Shown one piece after another: positions 30,352 through 39,415 of a stretch of DNA of 64,000 nt; within the stretch, counting starts at the first letter, position 1, and every line of letters begins with the position of its first letter. The notes below the pieces were generated by a model, which saw only the letters and a list, made by a program, of their open reading frames with translations, did no database searches and was not told the DNA's origin. A program made the translations under genes and the position numbers. The DNA is from Candidatus Stahliibacteriota bacterium (GTDB lineage Bacteria > Hydrothermota > Tepidihabitantia > SM23-42), in NCBI GenBank assembly GCA_030609135.1, contig JAUWCU010000003.1:55-64054 (forward strand). Reading direction: 5' to 3'.

Positions 30352-31173
30352 ATGATAATCAAGTTGTACGGAACAAGAGGTTCCATAGCAGTTGCTAATA
30401 AAGAAACTAAAAAATACGGCGGCAATACGACTTGTCTATATGTTGAATCGAATTCGGGTGATGTAATAGTAGTTGACGCGGGGACTGGTATCCGGCTATT
30501 AGGTGTTCATCTAATACAGGAGAAGAAGGGCAAGATAAATATGCTATTCACCCATTATCACTGGGATCATATTCAGGGCTTTCCCTTTTTTACACCGATA
30601 TTTTTGCCTAGTTCAGTTATAGATATTTACGGTTCATCAAAAATGACAGATCCAAAAAAGGCTTTGTCGTATCAAATGACTCGACCGTACTTTCCCGCAG
30701 TATTGTCTGAATTACCTTCTAAAATCACATTCAAAACCTTAAAGAATAAATTAACTATCGGAGATATAGAAATTCAGACCATTATAAATAACCATCCAGA
30801 TCAAGCCTTAGGCATCAGATTTACTGAAGGCAAGAACTCGTTTGCCTTTTTAACGGACAACGAGCTTTTTGACGAGAATGGCAATACTCCATACAAAAAA
30901 TTCGTTGATTTCATAAAAGGTGTAAATTTCTTCATACATGACGCACAATACAAAGACGATATCTATAAAAAAAGATTGGGCTGGGGTCATTCAACGTACA
31001 GTCAAGTCATGAAGCTTGCTGAGGATGCTGGTGTAAGAAATGTTATGTTTACCCACCACGATCACGGCAGTATTGATAAATGCATAGATGGCATTGTGAA
31101 AGGGTACCGGGGTAAATATCCCAAATACAACATTCAAGCCGCCGCCGACGGTAAGACAATCATTTTAAAATAG
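30352..31173 (+). CDS. MBL-fold metallo-hydrolase
   Basis: HYHWDH motif (HxHxDH). Downstream D and H ligands (HHDH). Confidence 0.75.
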   Translation: MIIKLYGTRGSIAVANKETKKYGGNTTCLYVESNSGDVIVVDAGTGIRLLGVHLIQEKKGKINMLFTHYHWDHIQGFPFFTPIFLPSSVIDIYGSSKMTDPKKALSYQMTRPYFPAVLSELPSKITFKTLKNKLTIGDIEIQTIINNHPDQALGIRFTEGKNSFAFLTDNELFDENGNTPYKKFVDFIKGVNFFIHDAQYKDDIYKKRLGWGHSTYSQVMKLAEDAGVRNVMFTHHDHGSIDKCIDGIVKGYRGKYPKYNIQAAADGKTIILK

Positions 31174-31182
31174 AAACGTATA

Positions 31183-31950
31183 GTGAAACCCAAGGTTTTA
31201 GTTCTTCGAGCCGCTGGGACAAATTGTGATGTCGAAACAGCTTATGCCTTTAAGATCGCCGGTGCGGAAATTGAAAGCGTATATATAGATGAACTTGAAC
31301 ACCGACAACTAACCGATTACCAAATTATCGCTCTGTCTGGTGGGTTTACTTATGGTGATGATATTGCAGCCGGGAAAATCCTTGCCAATGAGATCAAATA
31401 TAAATTCCGGGATAAGTTTCTTGAGTTTATTGAGCTGGATAATTTGATAATTGGAATCTGTAATGGCTTTCAAGTATTGGTGAAATGCGGGATTTTACCT
31501 GCTTTTGATGAAAGCTTTGAAGCACAATCAGTGAGCCTGATAAGTAATGATTCTGAACGCTTTGAGGATCGTTGGGTCCATCTGAAGGTCTACAGTAATA
31601 GGTCGATTTTCACTAAGGGAATGAAATCAATAATAACCCTTCCAGTAGCCCATGCTGAGGGCAAATTTGTTGTTAAGGATGACGACATTCTAAAACAAAT
31701 CCAAGAACATATTGTTTTCCAGTATGTTGACAAAAAAGGTAATGAAGCCGGTTATCCATTCAACCCAAATGGTTCAATACTTGGTGTCGCTGGCATAACT
31801 GATCAAACCGGTAGAATTCTTGGGTTGATGCCGCATCCAGAACGGCATATTTCGTTTTTGCAACACCCCAATCATACCCGGGAAAAACTCGATGAAACCG
31901 GTGATGGGCTGCGGATTTTTGAAAATGCAGTTAAGTACTTTGAGGTATAA
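31183..31950 (+). CDS. purQ: phosphoribosylformylglycinamidine synthase subunit PurQ (class I glutamine amidotransferase)
   Basis: Block-by-block similarity to PurQ: AAGTNCDVE, LSGGFTYGDD, IGICNGFQVL (catalytic Cys), PVAHAEGKF, NPNGS, LGLMPHPER. GTG start. Confidence 0.75.
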   Translation: MKPKVLVLRAAGTNCDVETAYAFKIAGAEIESVYIDELEHRQLTDYQIIALSGGFTYGDDIAAGKILANEIKYKFRDKFLEFIELDNLIIGICNGFQVLVKCGILPAFDESFEAQSVSLISNDSERFEDRWVHLKVYSNRSIFTKGMKSIITLPVAHAEGKFVVKDDDILKQIQEHIVFQYVDKKGNEAGYPFNPNGSILGVAGITDQTGRILGLMPHPERHISFLQHPNHTREKLDETGDGLRIFENAVKYFEV

Positions 31951-32138
31951 ACAAGTGTTTTTTAACAGAATTATTAATAGCTATCATTATGGTGAGTTCT
32001 CGACAAGCCCCGTTAAATAATAGAGATCGATTTATGATAGAAGCAAAAAAGCGGGTTTAATGAGATGATAGATTTACTCGGAGGTGTAATATCTTGTATT
32101 TAACAGGGCAAGCTATCTCGATTTTACTCGATACAGGT

Positions 32139-32404
32139 CGAACAATAATGATTTTATACTTCGAGCGACCATGAGTTTTACGAATGAGAGTCGAGAATCG
32201 AGCGTTAATAATTGTAGTTGTCCAATTTATTGGACAAAACCTGATAAATCCCGCAATCCTATTCATAACATCATAACACGAAGCGGGATAAATCACCTGT
32301 CTGCGTGCGATGCACAGGCAGGCCTGTCTACCTCAGGCAGAGGCGACTCGAACAATAATGATTTTATACTTCGAGCGACCATGAGCTTTACGAATGAGAG
32401 TCGA
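32139..32404. repeat. composite repeat locus: 56-bp direct repeats (32139-32194 and 32349-32404) flanking three nested hairpin-repeat modules
   Basis: The direct repeat is cgaacaataatgattttatacttcgagcgaccatgag(t/c)tttacgaatgagagtcga. The interior holds a GTAG-headed hairpin (tgtagttgtccaatttattggaca), a GATAAATCCCGC...GCGGGATAAAT palindrome, and cacctgtctgcgtgcgatgcacaggcagg. Confidence 0.6.
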
Positions 32405-32578
32405 TAAGTACCATTCTGTCATTGCCTGGCTTGACCAGGCAATCCAGAATACCTATTCCGGGATCATTCGGCTAAACCGTATGATGACGACTAAAAATTT
32501 TTTGGATTTGATCATTGGAATTTGTTTAAGATTTAGAATTTTGATTTTGGGATTTACCGAACGAAGTGAGGTGTCATT

Positions 32579-32890
32579 ATGGATGGTTACTTAAAAGAAC
32601 ATCCGATTTTAGAATTCAAACGCGGCAAAAAAATTAAGTTCTTTTTCGAAGACCGGGAAATCGAGGGCTATGAAGGACTTCCTATAGCCGCCGCGTTACA
32701 TGCAGCCGGTATTAAGGTGCTCAGTTTCTCAGAAAGGTATAATCGACCCCGAGGGTTCTTTTGTGCAGTTGGCAAATGCTCTTCTTGTTTAATGGAGGTT
32801 GATGGTCATTCCAATGTAATGGTTTGCATGGAATTACTAAAACCAGGTATGAAAGTGCGTCGGCAAAAAGGAAAAAGTCAGAAACAATGA
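32579..32890 (+). CDS. (2Fe-2S)-binding small subunit (sarcosine-oxidase-alpha / HcnA / OoxA-N-terminal type)
   Basis: 103 aa. Cys cluster FFCAVGKCSSCLMEVDG...VCME. Confidence 0.55.
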   Translation: MDGYLKEHPILEFKRGKKIKFFFEDREIEGYEGLPIAAALHAAGIKVLSFSERYNRPRGFFCAVGKCSSCLMEVDGHSNVMVCMELLKPGMKVRRQKGKSQKQ

Positions 32891-34026
32891 ATTCAAGCGC
32901 CAAGAACCAAGACCCAAGACCCAAAAATAACATTCAAAACTTCTCATCTTCAGAATTTCCTAACTTCGATATTTGTATTATCGGCGGCGGTCCTGCAGGT
33001 CTTGAAGCCGGGATCATTGCACGTAGGCTCGGAGCCAAGGTTATGATAATCGATGATAACCCAGTGCTCGGTGGACAATTAATCAAGCAGACGCACAAGT
33101 TTTTCGGCTCTAAAGCGCATTATTGCGGTGTAAGAGGCGTTGATATAGCAGGTATTCTCAGCAAAGAGATTAAGGATTTAGGTTTTGACGTTCTCCACAA
33201 TGCAACTGTAGTTGGGTATTATGATGATGATATCATCGGTGTGCTGCAACATGATAAATTGTTGTCAGTAAAGGCAAGGGCGTACATTTTTGCAACCGGG
33301 GCTAGTGAAAACATGCTCGCCTTTGACAACGCAGATTTACCTGGTGTTTATGGCGCTGGTGCTGTACAGACCATGATGAATGTCTATGGTGTTGTGCCCG
33401 GGAAAAGAGCGGTGGTAATCGGGTCTGGTAATATCGGCTTGATTGTTCCTTATCAGTTGCTGCAGGCTGGTGTTGAGGTGGCGGCAATTATAGAAATCAT
33501 GGATAAAGTCGGTGGTTATTATGTTCACGCGGCAAAGCTAAAAAGAGCCGGTGTACCGATTATCCTCAAACACACAATTATCCAAGCCCAGGGTAGAGAT
33601 TGTGTTGAAGCTGCACTTATCAGCAAGGTCGACGGAAAATATAAGTGCCTGCCCGGTACAGAAAAAACAATTGAGTGCGACATGATTCTGATTGCGATCG
33701 GTCTTTCGCCACTCTGCGAATTGCTCTACCAGGCAGGATGTCGTATAGATTATATCCCTGAGCTTGGCGGTCATGTACCCCTTCACAATGAAGACATGAT
33801 GACTACCCAGAAAAACATCTTTGTGTGCGGTGATCTGGCGTGTATTGAGGAAGCGTCTACGGCTATGCTCGAAGGCAAGATTGCCGGAGCCAAGGCGCAT
33901 GAAGTTATATACGGCGAGACCAAGCAGGGTAAAGAGATTGCCCAACAGGCAAAAAGAGAACTCGCGGTTATTCGGTCTTCTCCATTTGAACAAAGGATTA
34001 CTTACGGTCTGAATAAGTTGAAGTAG
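32887..34026 (+). CDS. FAD/NAD(P)-binding pyridine-nucleotide-disulfide-type oxidoreductase
   Basis: ICIIGGGPAGLEAGIIARRLG (first Rossmann fold). VVIGSGNIGLIVPYQL (second Rossmann fold). The start overlaps the upstream stop (ATGA). The ORF-track start at 32824 is probably an extension. Confidence 0.65.
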   Translation: MNSSAKNQDPRPKNNIQNFSSSEFPNFDICIIGGGPAGLEAGIIARRLGAKVMIIDDNPVLGGQLIKQTHKFFGSKAHYCGVRGVDIAGILSKEIKDLGFDVLHNATVVGYYDDDIIGVLQHDKLLSVKARAYIFATGASENMLAFDNADLPGVYGAGAVQTMMNVYGVVPGKRAVVIGSGNIGLIVPYQLLQAGVEVAAIIEIMDKVGGYYVHAAKLKRAGVPIILKHTIIQAQGRDCVEAALISKVDGKYKCLPGTEKTIECDMILIAIGLSPLCELLYQAGCRIDYIPELGGHVPLHNEDMMTTQKNIFVCGDLACIEEASTAMLEGKIAGAKAHEVIYGETKQGKEIAQQAKRELAVIRSSPFEQRITYGLNKLK

Positions 34027-34473
34027 CTGCAAATACGTCTTCAACAATTCAACAGGACTATTGTCATTACGAGTGTAGTCGAGAACCCTCAACATGATTA
34101 TTGTTCCTCTCACCTTGTTCGAGACAGGCGAGCGAAGTTGAGAACTTCCGCAATATGGGTGATGGCCCTAGATAAAAATGTCATTGCGAAGGCGTAGCCT
34201 GAAGCAATCTCACCTCCTTTTGTCAATCAAGCGCGTGAGGGCATAGTATTTGTAGTGGTCGAGTTTACTCGACAAACATCCCTGCACGCTACGGTATTTG
34301 TGCAGAGCAAGCTCTGCCACTACATATGTTGGGGTAGGTCTTTACACGAGCGGGACTCTGTTTCATGTCATTGCGAATCCGCCGCGTCATATAGCGGACA
34401 AAGTCCCGCAATGCAAGGATCCTCGATTTTCATTTATTAGAAATATATAGTACGGAAAATCGGGATAGTCTCA

Positions 34474-34501
34474 TTGACAGCCCAATTTTTCTCTATATAA
34501 T
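34474..34501 (+). promoter_or_regulatory. sigma70-type promoter, leaderless start for the RnfB-like gene
   Basis: TTGACA 34474-34479, N16, TATAAT 34496-34501. ATG at 34510 with no SD. Confidence 0.45.
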
Positions 34502-34509
34502 ACCATGTT

Positions 34510-35526
34510 ATGAATGCAATAGAAGTCATAAAATCAGTTGCTGGTCTTGGCGGTCTCAGTTTGATTTTTGGTATTGTTCTGGCTGTTGCATTTAAGAAAC
34601 TCGCGGTCAAAGTTAGTGAACAAGAGCAGAAACTGAGAGATGCTTTGCCAGGTACAAATTGCGGTGCCTGTGGTTTCCCGGGTTGTGATGCCTATGCCCA
34701 TGCCTTAGCTGAAAATACTGGTGAGGTAGCGTCAAACCTCTGCACCGTCGGTGGTGCTGAAACAATTAGGAAAATCGGCGAAATCCTGGGCATTGAGGTT
34801 GAGGCAGCAGAACCAATGATGTGTGTATTACGATGCCGGGGCGGTAGGGAAAACGCAGTTGAAAAGTTTGAGTATATAGGGCCAGGTGATTGCCGAAGCA
34901 ATTACATCCTCTTGGGCGGTAATAAAGCATGTGAGTGGGGGTGTTTGGGCGGTGGTCACTGTGAGACTGTTTGTCCATTTGACGCCATTACAATGGGGCC
35001 GAATCGTCTACCTATTATTGATCCACACAAATGCACGGCATGTGGTATTTGCGTAAAAGAGTGTCCGCGTCAGGTACTTGAGTTACTACCCCGCGTTCAA
35101 TTGATATACTTGGCCTGTAAAACTCTGGATAAAGGTAAAGTGGTCAAAAATGTCTGCAAGGTTGGTTGTATTGGTTGTACCCTCTGTGTTAAGTCCTGTC
35201 CTTATGAAGGAGCAATACAAATGGATGGTAATCTTCCCAAGATGGACTATACCAAGTGTATATCATGTGGTATTTGTTATAATAAATGCCCTACCAAATC
35301 ATTTGTTGACCGTGCTCCAGCGCGACCTTATGCGATTATTTCTTCAAAGTGCGATGGCTGTGGAGAATGCGTAAAAGTATGTTTGTTCAAGGCAATTGAG
35401 GGAAAACCAGGAAAACGCCACACCGTGATAAAAGATAAGTGCATAGGCTGTGGCAGGTGTTTTGAAGTTTGTCCGATAAAAGTTATTACCATGGCTGGCG
35501 CCTTGGGATATGTAGAAACAGCATAG
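34510..35526 (+). CDS. RnfB-like Fe-S protein / polyferredoxin (N-terminal membrane anchor, RnfB-type Cys domain, multiple 4Fe-4S ferredoxin motifs)
   Basis: LPGTNCGACGFPGCDAYA (RnfB N-terminal cluster). Then more than 6 CxxCxxCxxxCP-type motifs (CTACGICVKECP, CIGCTLCVKSCP, CISCGICYNKCP, CDGCGECVKVC, CIGCGRCFEVCP). Confidence 0.6.
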   Translation: MNAIEVIKSVAGLGGLSLIFGIVLAVAFKKLAVKVSEQEQKLRDALPGTNCGACGFPGCDAYAHALAENTGEVASNLCTVGGAETIRKIGEILGIEVEAAEPMMCVLRCRGGRENAVEKFEYIGPGDCRSNYILLGGNKACEWGCLGGGHCETVCPFDAITMGPNRLPIIDPHKCTACGICVKECPRQVLELLPRVQLIYLACKTLDKGKVVKNVCKVGCIGCTLCVKSCPYEGAIQMDGNLPKMDYTKCISCGICYNKCPTKSFVDRAPARPYAIISSKCDGCGECVKVCLFKAIEGKPGKRHTVIKDKCIGCGRCFEVCPIKVITMAGALGYVETA

Positions 35527-35557
35527 TGTTAGAACATCAGGCTATCAGAGGATCAGG

Positions 35558-36373
35558 ATGAAGTTATATTATGCCAACTCCACATTGGACAATGCTCAAG
35601 TTATCATCCTTGGTCTTGGTTATGATAGAACTTCATCATTTATCCCTGGTTCGCGATTTGGACCCGAGTTTATAAGATTATGTTCTAATAATATTGAGGA
35701 ATATTCACCATATCAAGATAAGAGTCTTTGTAATGTGAACATATGTGATTGCGGGGAGGTAGAGTTTGACACAAAAGATTGGGTCTTAAAAGCGCGTACC
35801 GCAGTCAAAGAATACATAGATGAACAGAAATATCTCATTGCACTCGGCGGAGAGCATACGATTACCTTACCGATTACTCAAGTCCTAAAAGAGAAATATG
35901 AAAATTTTTCACTGGTTCATTTTGATGCTCACTGTGATCTACGCGATGAGTATCTTGAGCAGAAAATCTGCCACGCTACAGTGATGCGCCGGGTGAGCGA
36001 TATTATTGGGCTTGATAATCTATACCAGTTTGGTATTCGTTCAGGAACCCAGGAGGAATTTAGTTTTGGCAAGAACCTGTACAAATTCGATCTTTTTAAA
36101 CCTTTATCTTCAGTAATAAACAATATCAAAGAACCTATTTATCTATCAATAGATGTGGATGTTTTGGACCCGGGAGTATTACCGGCAGTTTCCACACCTG
36201 AACCAGGCGGGGTTTCATATCAGGAGTTTATTAAAGCACTGCTATTATTTAAAGACAAGAAAATACTTGGAGCTGATATTGTTGAATACAACCCTTTCGC
36301 TGCCTCACCATATGCGTCAGGCTCCACTGTCGCTGAGATACTGCGGGAGCTCATTCTGGTCGGAACTCCCTGA
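35558..36373 (+). CDS. speB: ureohydrolase (agmatinase/arginase family)
   Basis: Mn-binding motifs GGEHTIT, HFDAHCDL, SIDVDVLDP, and S/TPEPGG. The speB symbol is tentative (arginase, formiminoglutamase or guanidino-hydrolase are alternatives). Confidence 0.65.
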   Translation: MKLYYANSTLDNAQVIILGLGYDRTSSFIPGSRFGPEFIRLCSNNIEEYSPYQDKSLCNVNICDCGEVEFDTKDWVLKARTAVKEYIDEQKYLIALGGEHTITLPITQVLKEKYENFSLVHFDAHCDLRDEYLEQKICHATVMRRVSDIIGLDNLYQFGIRSGTQEEFSFGKNLYKFDLFKPLSSVINNIKEPIYLSIDVDVLDPGVLPAVSTPEPGGVSYQEFIKALLLFKDKKILGADIVEYNPFAASPYASGSTVAEILRELILVGTP

Positions 36374-36391
36374 TCCAGGTAAGTTTATAGT

Positions 36392-37080
36392 ATTCGTAGT
36401 GGTCGAGTTCACTCGACAAACATCCTTGCACGCCACGGTATTTGTGCAGAGCAAGCTCTGCCACTACATGTGTTCTTGATTCGTTCCAGTATCCAACCCA
36501 AACCCTTTTTCCATACTCACAGTTATAGTCGCTCGATTCATCGAGCCAATCTAATGGAGCGTCTGATAAATCAGACAACTACAAAGATTAATCAAATTGT
36601 TACATCATATCATTGTAGTTGCTCGATTCATCGAGCCAATTTACGCGGAAAGCCCCTCAGACTAGCATAATTACTGTTTCTCTCACCTTGTTCGAGACAG
36701 GCGAGCGAAGTCGAGAACCACCCTTTGCATTTTTCGCCGCCCAATTCATCCCGCTTCGTATTGTAATTCTATAAATAGAATTGCGGGATTTATCGGGCCA
36801 ATTTACGCGGAAGTATGTAGTCGCTCGATTCATCGAGCCAATCTAATGGAGCGTCTGATAAATCAGACAACTACAGCGCAGCGTATCTTCAGTGAAACGT
36901 GTCTCCAGCGTAGCGTGTCTTCAACAGAGTGTGTTCTCCATTTCTCCCATACTCCTTTTGTCGATCAAACGCGTGAGGGCATAGTATTTGTAGTGGTCGA
37001 GTTTACTCGACAAACATCCCTGCACGCTACGGTATTTGTGCAGAGCAAGCTCTGCCACTACATGTGTTCGGAATTCCTAA
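36392..37080. repeat. largest cluster of nested small hairpin repeats (about 700 bp, non-coding)
   Basis: Multiple GTAG-headed hairpins (tgtagtggtcgagttcactcgac, tgtagttgctcgattcatcgagc x3, tgtagttgtctgatttatcagac x2). One reversed GATAAATCCCGC element. The tctcaccttgttcgagacaggcgagcgaagtcgagaac element (also at 34100-34145). Duplicated 75-bp block 36392-36466 = 36985-37060. ORFs called here (36153, 36351, 36470, 36846) are repeat-derived. Confidence 0.7.
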
Positions 37081-37165
37081 TTACCAAATTACTCGGTTAC
37101 ACAACTATAAAAGGCTCGTATTGACACCGCCCATACCGTGCTTATAATTATCGTAAGGAGGAACA

Positions 37166-39016
37166 ATGACACTAATAATATTGTTTTTAGCAGGTCAATC
37201 ATTTTTTAACATTGAGAACAAGCAAGTATTCTATCCTGAACCAGTTAGAGCTGAATCAACGCACTCGTATGATGTACTGCACTATTTCATAGATCTGAAC
37301 CTTCCAATGACTTCCCGCTATCTTGAAGGCGCGGTTACGATTTCAGCCCGGAGTAATCAGGATAATTTGACGATTCTTGACCTCCACCTTTTAGGCTTGA
37401 GTGTTGATTCTTTAAAAGTCGATGGAGTTACTGCATCTTACTCCCACAATTACGAGACTTTATATGTGAATCTGCCTCAAGTCTATAATCAGGGTGATTC
37501 CTTTGATATAATGGTGGGATATAGTGGCACGGCTTCGGGCAGCATGGGTTATCTCAGGTATACCAGCACCCACCCCATTTCATATACCCTGGGTTGTCCA
37601 TTCTGCACAAGAAGATGGCTACCCTGTTATGACCGATTATGGGACAAGGCTGATTATGGTGTCGAGTTTTTTATAACTGTACCGGATTCCTATTATGTCT
37701 GCGCTACCGGAGAATTAATTGACGTAGATACTACGGCAGGTTATGCAACATTCAATTGGAAACATAATTATCCTATCGCTCCTTATCTTATTCACTTTGC
37801 TTCAAGCATCTTTACCACATATTCAGATTGGTATTATCCAGCGGCAGGAGATAGCATTGAGATTAAAAATCATTTCTGGCCTGAGGATATGATTTATGCC
37901 CCGACCGCGTTTCAATATACCACAGACATGATGTCTTATTATGATTCGCTTTATGGCGCTTATCCTTTTGAACGCTATGGTATGGTAATACTTCAGCCAT
38001 TCTATTATGCGGGCATGGAACATCAAACCATGAGCTCGATATATCGTACAGGTTTTGTTGGTAATGATTATTACCTGATGGCGCATGAGATGTCGCATAT
38101 GTGGTGGGGTGATATGGTAACGTGTTTTGGTTGGCAGAATGTCTGGCTGAACGAGGGTTTTGCAACATATTCTGATGCCCTGTACCGTGAACACCATGTT
38201 AATCATCAGCTTTTCATTAATACCATGATCTCCCGCCGCAATGCATACTTCAGCTCAGAAGCGTCGTTTCCACATCCGATCTATGACCCGCCGGCAAATC
38301 ATATTTTTAATTGGGGTCATTCTTATTGCAAGGGTTCATGGCTCTGTCATATGATCAGATATTTGTGCGGTGATGATAATACCTGGTTAAACCTGCTTGC
38401 CACATACCGTGATTCATTCGCATATCAAGATGCCTCAAGCGATGATTTGAACCGGATAATGGACCAGGTACTCGGAGGAAATTATGATTGGTTCTTTAAT
38501 GAATGGGTGTATGATCTTTACTATCCAATCTATGATATCGTGTGGGTAAAAATCTATGAATCGCCGAACTGGCGTTTGATTTTGGACATCACTCAAACTC
38601 AACCCATGGGCCCTTCGGTTTTTCATATGCCATTGCCAATCGGCGTAGATTTCTCAAGCGGTGATACAATATTAACGCTCGACATAAATCAATCCCCACA
38701 ACACTTTGAGTATGTATTGCTACAAGAGCCAATGGACATTATCGTTGATCCAGAAACCTGGGTAATTCAAAAAAATACTGTGACCCAGGGTATTGCAGAA
38801 TATGTTGCTCCCGGTATATTTATTGAGAACATCAACACGATCGGTCGGGCAATCGAGCTCAAGCTTACTCAACCCGGTTTAATTCGAATTTTTGATATTA
38901 CAGGCAGAAAGGTCTATGAAACACATGCTCAGGAGGTTAAATATCAACCTTCAAGCGCGGGTATCTACCACGTAATAATCGGTGACAAGAAACAGCGAGT
39001 AGTCGTTGTAAAATAA
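37166..39016 (+). CDS. M1-family zinc metallopeptidase with T9SS C-terminal sorting domain
   Basis: HEMSHMWWGD...NEGFATY (HExxH-x18-E). Exopeptidase-type motif YAGMEHQ (GAMEN variant). C-terminal ~80 aa ending ...AGIYHVIIGDKKQRVVVVK is typical of Por/T9SS CTDs. Consensus promoter plus AGGAGG upstream. Confidence 0.75.
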   Translation: MTLIILFLAGQSFFNIENKQVFYPEPVRAESTHSYDVLHYFIDLNLPMTSRYLEGAVTISARSNQDNLTILDLHLLGLSVDSLKVDGVTASYSHNYETLYVNLPQVYNQGDSFDIMVGYSGTASGSMGYLRYTSTHPISYTLGCPFCTRRWLPCYDRLWDKADYGVEFFITVPDSYYVCATGELIDVDTTAGYATFNWKHNYPIAPYLIHFASSIFTTYSDWYYPAAGDSIEIKNHFWPEDMIYAPTAFQYTTDMMSYYDSLYGAYPFERYGMVILQPFYYAGMEHQTMSSIYRTGFVGNDYYLMAHEMSHMWWGDMVTCFGWQNVWLNEGFATYSDALYREHHVNHQLFINTMISRRNAYFSSEASFPHPIYDPPANHIFNWGHSYCKGSWLCHMIRYLCGDDNTWLNLLATYRDSFAYQDASSDDLNRIMDQVLGGNYDWFFNEWVYDLYYPIYDIVWVKIYESPNWRLILDITQTQPMGPSVFHMPLPIGVDFSSGDTILTLDINQSPQHFEYVLLQEPMDIIVDPETWVIQKNTVTQGIAEYVAPGIFIENINTIGRAIELKLTQPGLIRIFDITGRKVYETHAQEVKYQPSSAGIYHVIIGDKKQRVVVVK

Positions 39017-39382
39017 GTCTGCTGTCATTGCGTAAGTATTTAATAATTGTAGTGGTCGAGTTTACTCGACAAATATCCTTCACGCTGCTTTTGCCCAACT
39101 GTAGTTGCCTCTGCCTGAGGCAGACAGGCCTGCCTGTGCGTCGCACGCAGACAGGTGATTTATCAGGCTGCATCAATCCGCCATCTTATGTCATTGTGAA
39201 GGCGAAGTCCGAAGCAATCTCCAAAAAAGAGATCGCTTCGTTCACACTCGCGATGACAGGAAAAAAATGTTACTGCGAGCGGAATCGAGAACCTTCAGCA
39301 GTAGTATAATATTGTTCTCTCCGTTGCTCCGATACTCCCTTTCACCGTTTCTCCCATTCTCCTGTTCTTGCCCGTTATCACG

Positions 39383-39410
39383 TTGACATATAGCCCTTTC
39401 TCGCTATAAT
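39383..39410 (+). promoter_or_regulatory. sigma70-type promoter with leaderless GTG start
   Basis: TTGACA 39383-39388, N16, TATAAT 39405-39410, GTG 39416. Confidence 0.4.
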
Positions 39411-39415
39411 ATATA

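Noticed and set aside
36153-37124. Four small ORFs (36153+, 36351-, 36470+, 36846+) between the agmatinase-family gene and the M1 peptidase gene
   Set aside because: They are translated from the densest repeat cluster. Two of them share the same peptide (…VVEFTRQTSLHATVFVQSKLCHY…) only because they cover duplicated 75-bp repeat copies. They are not genes.
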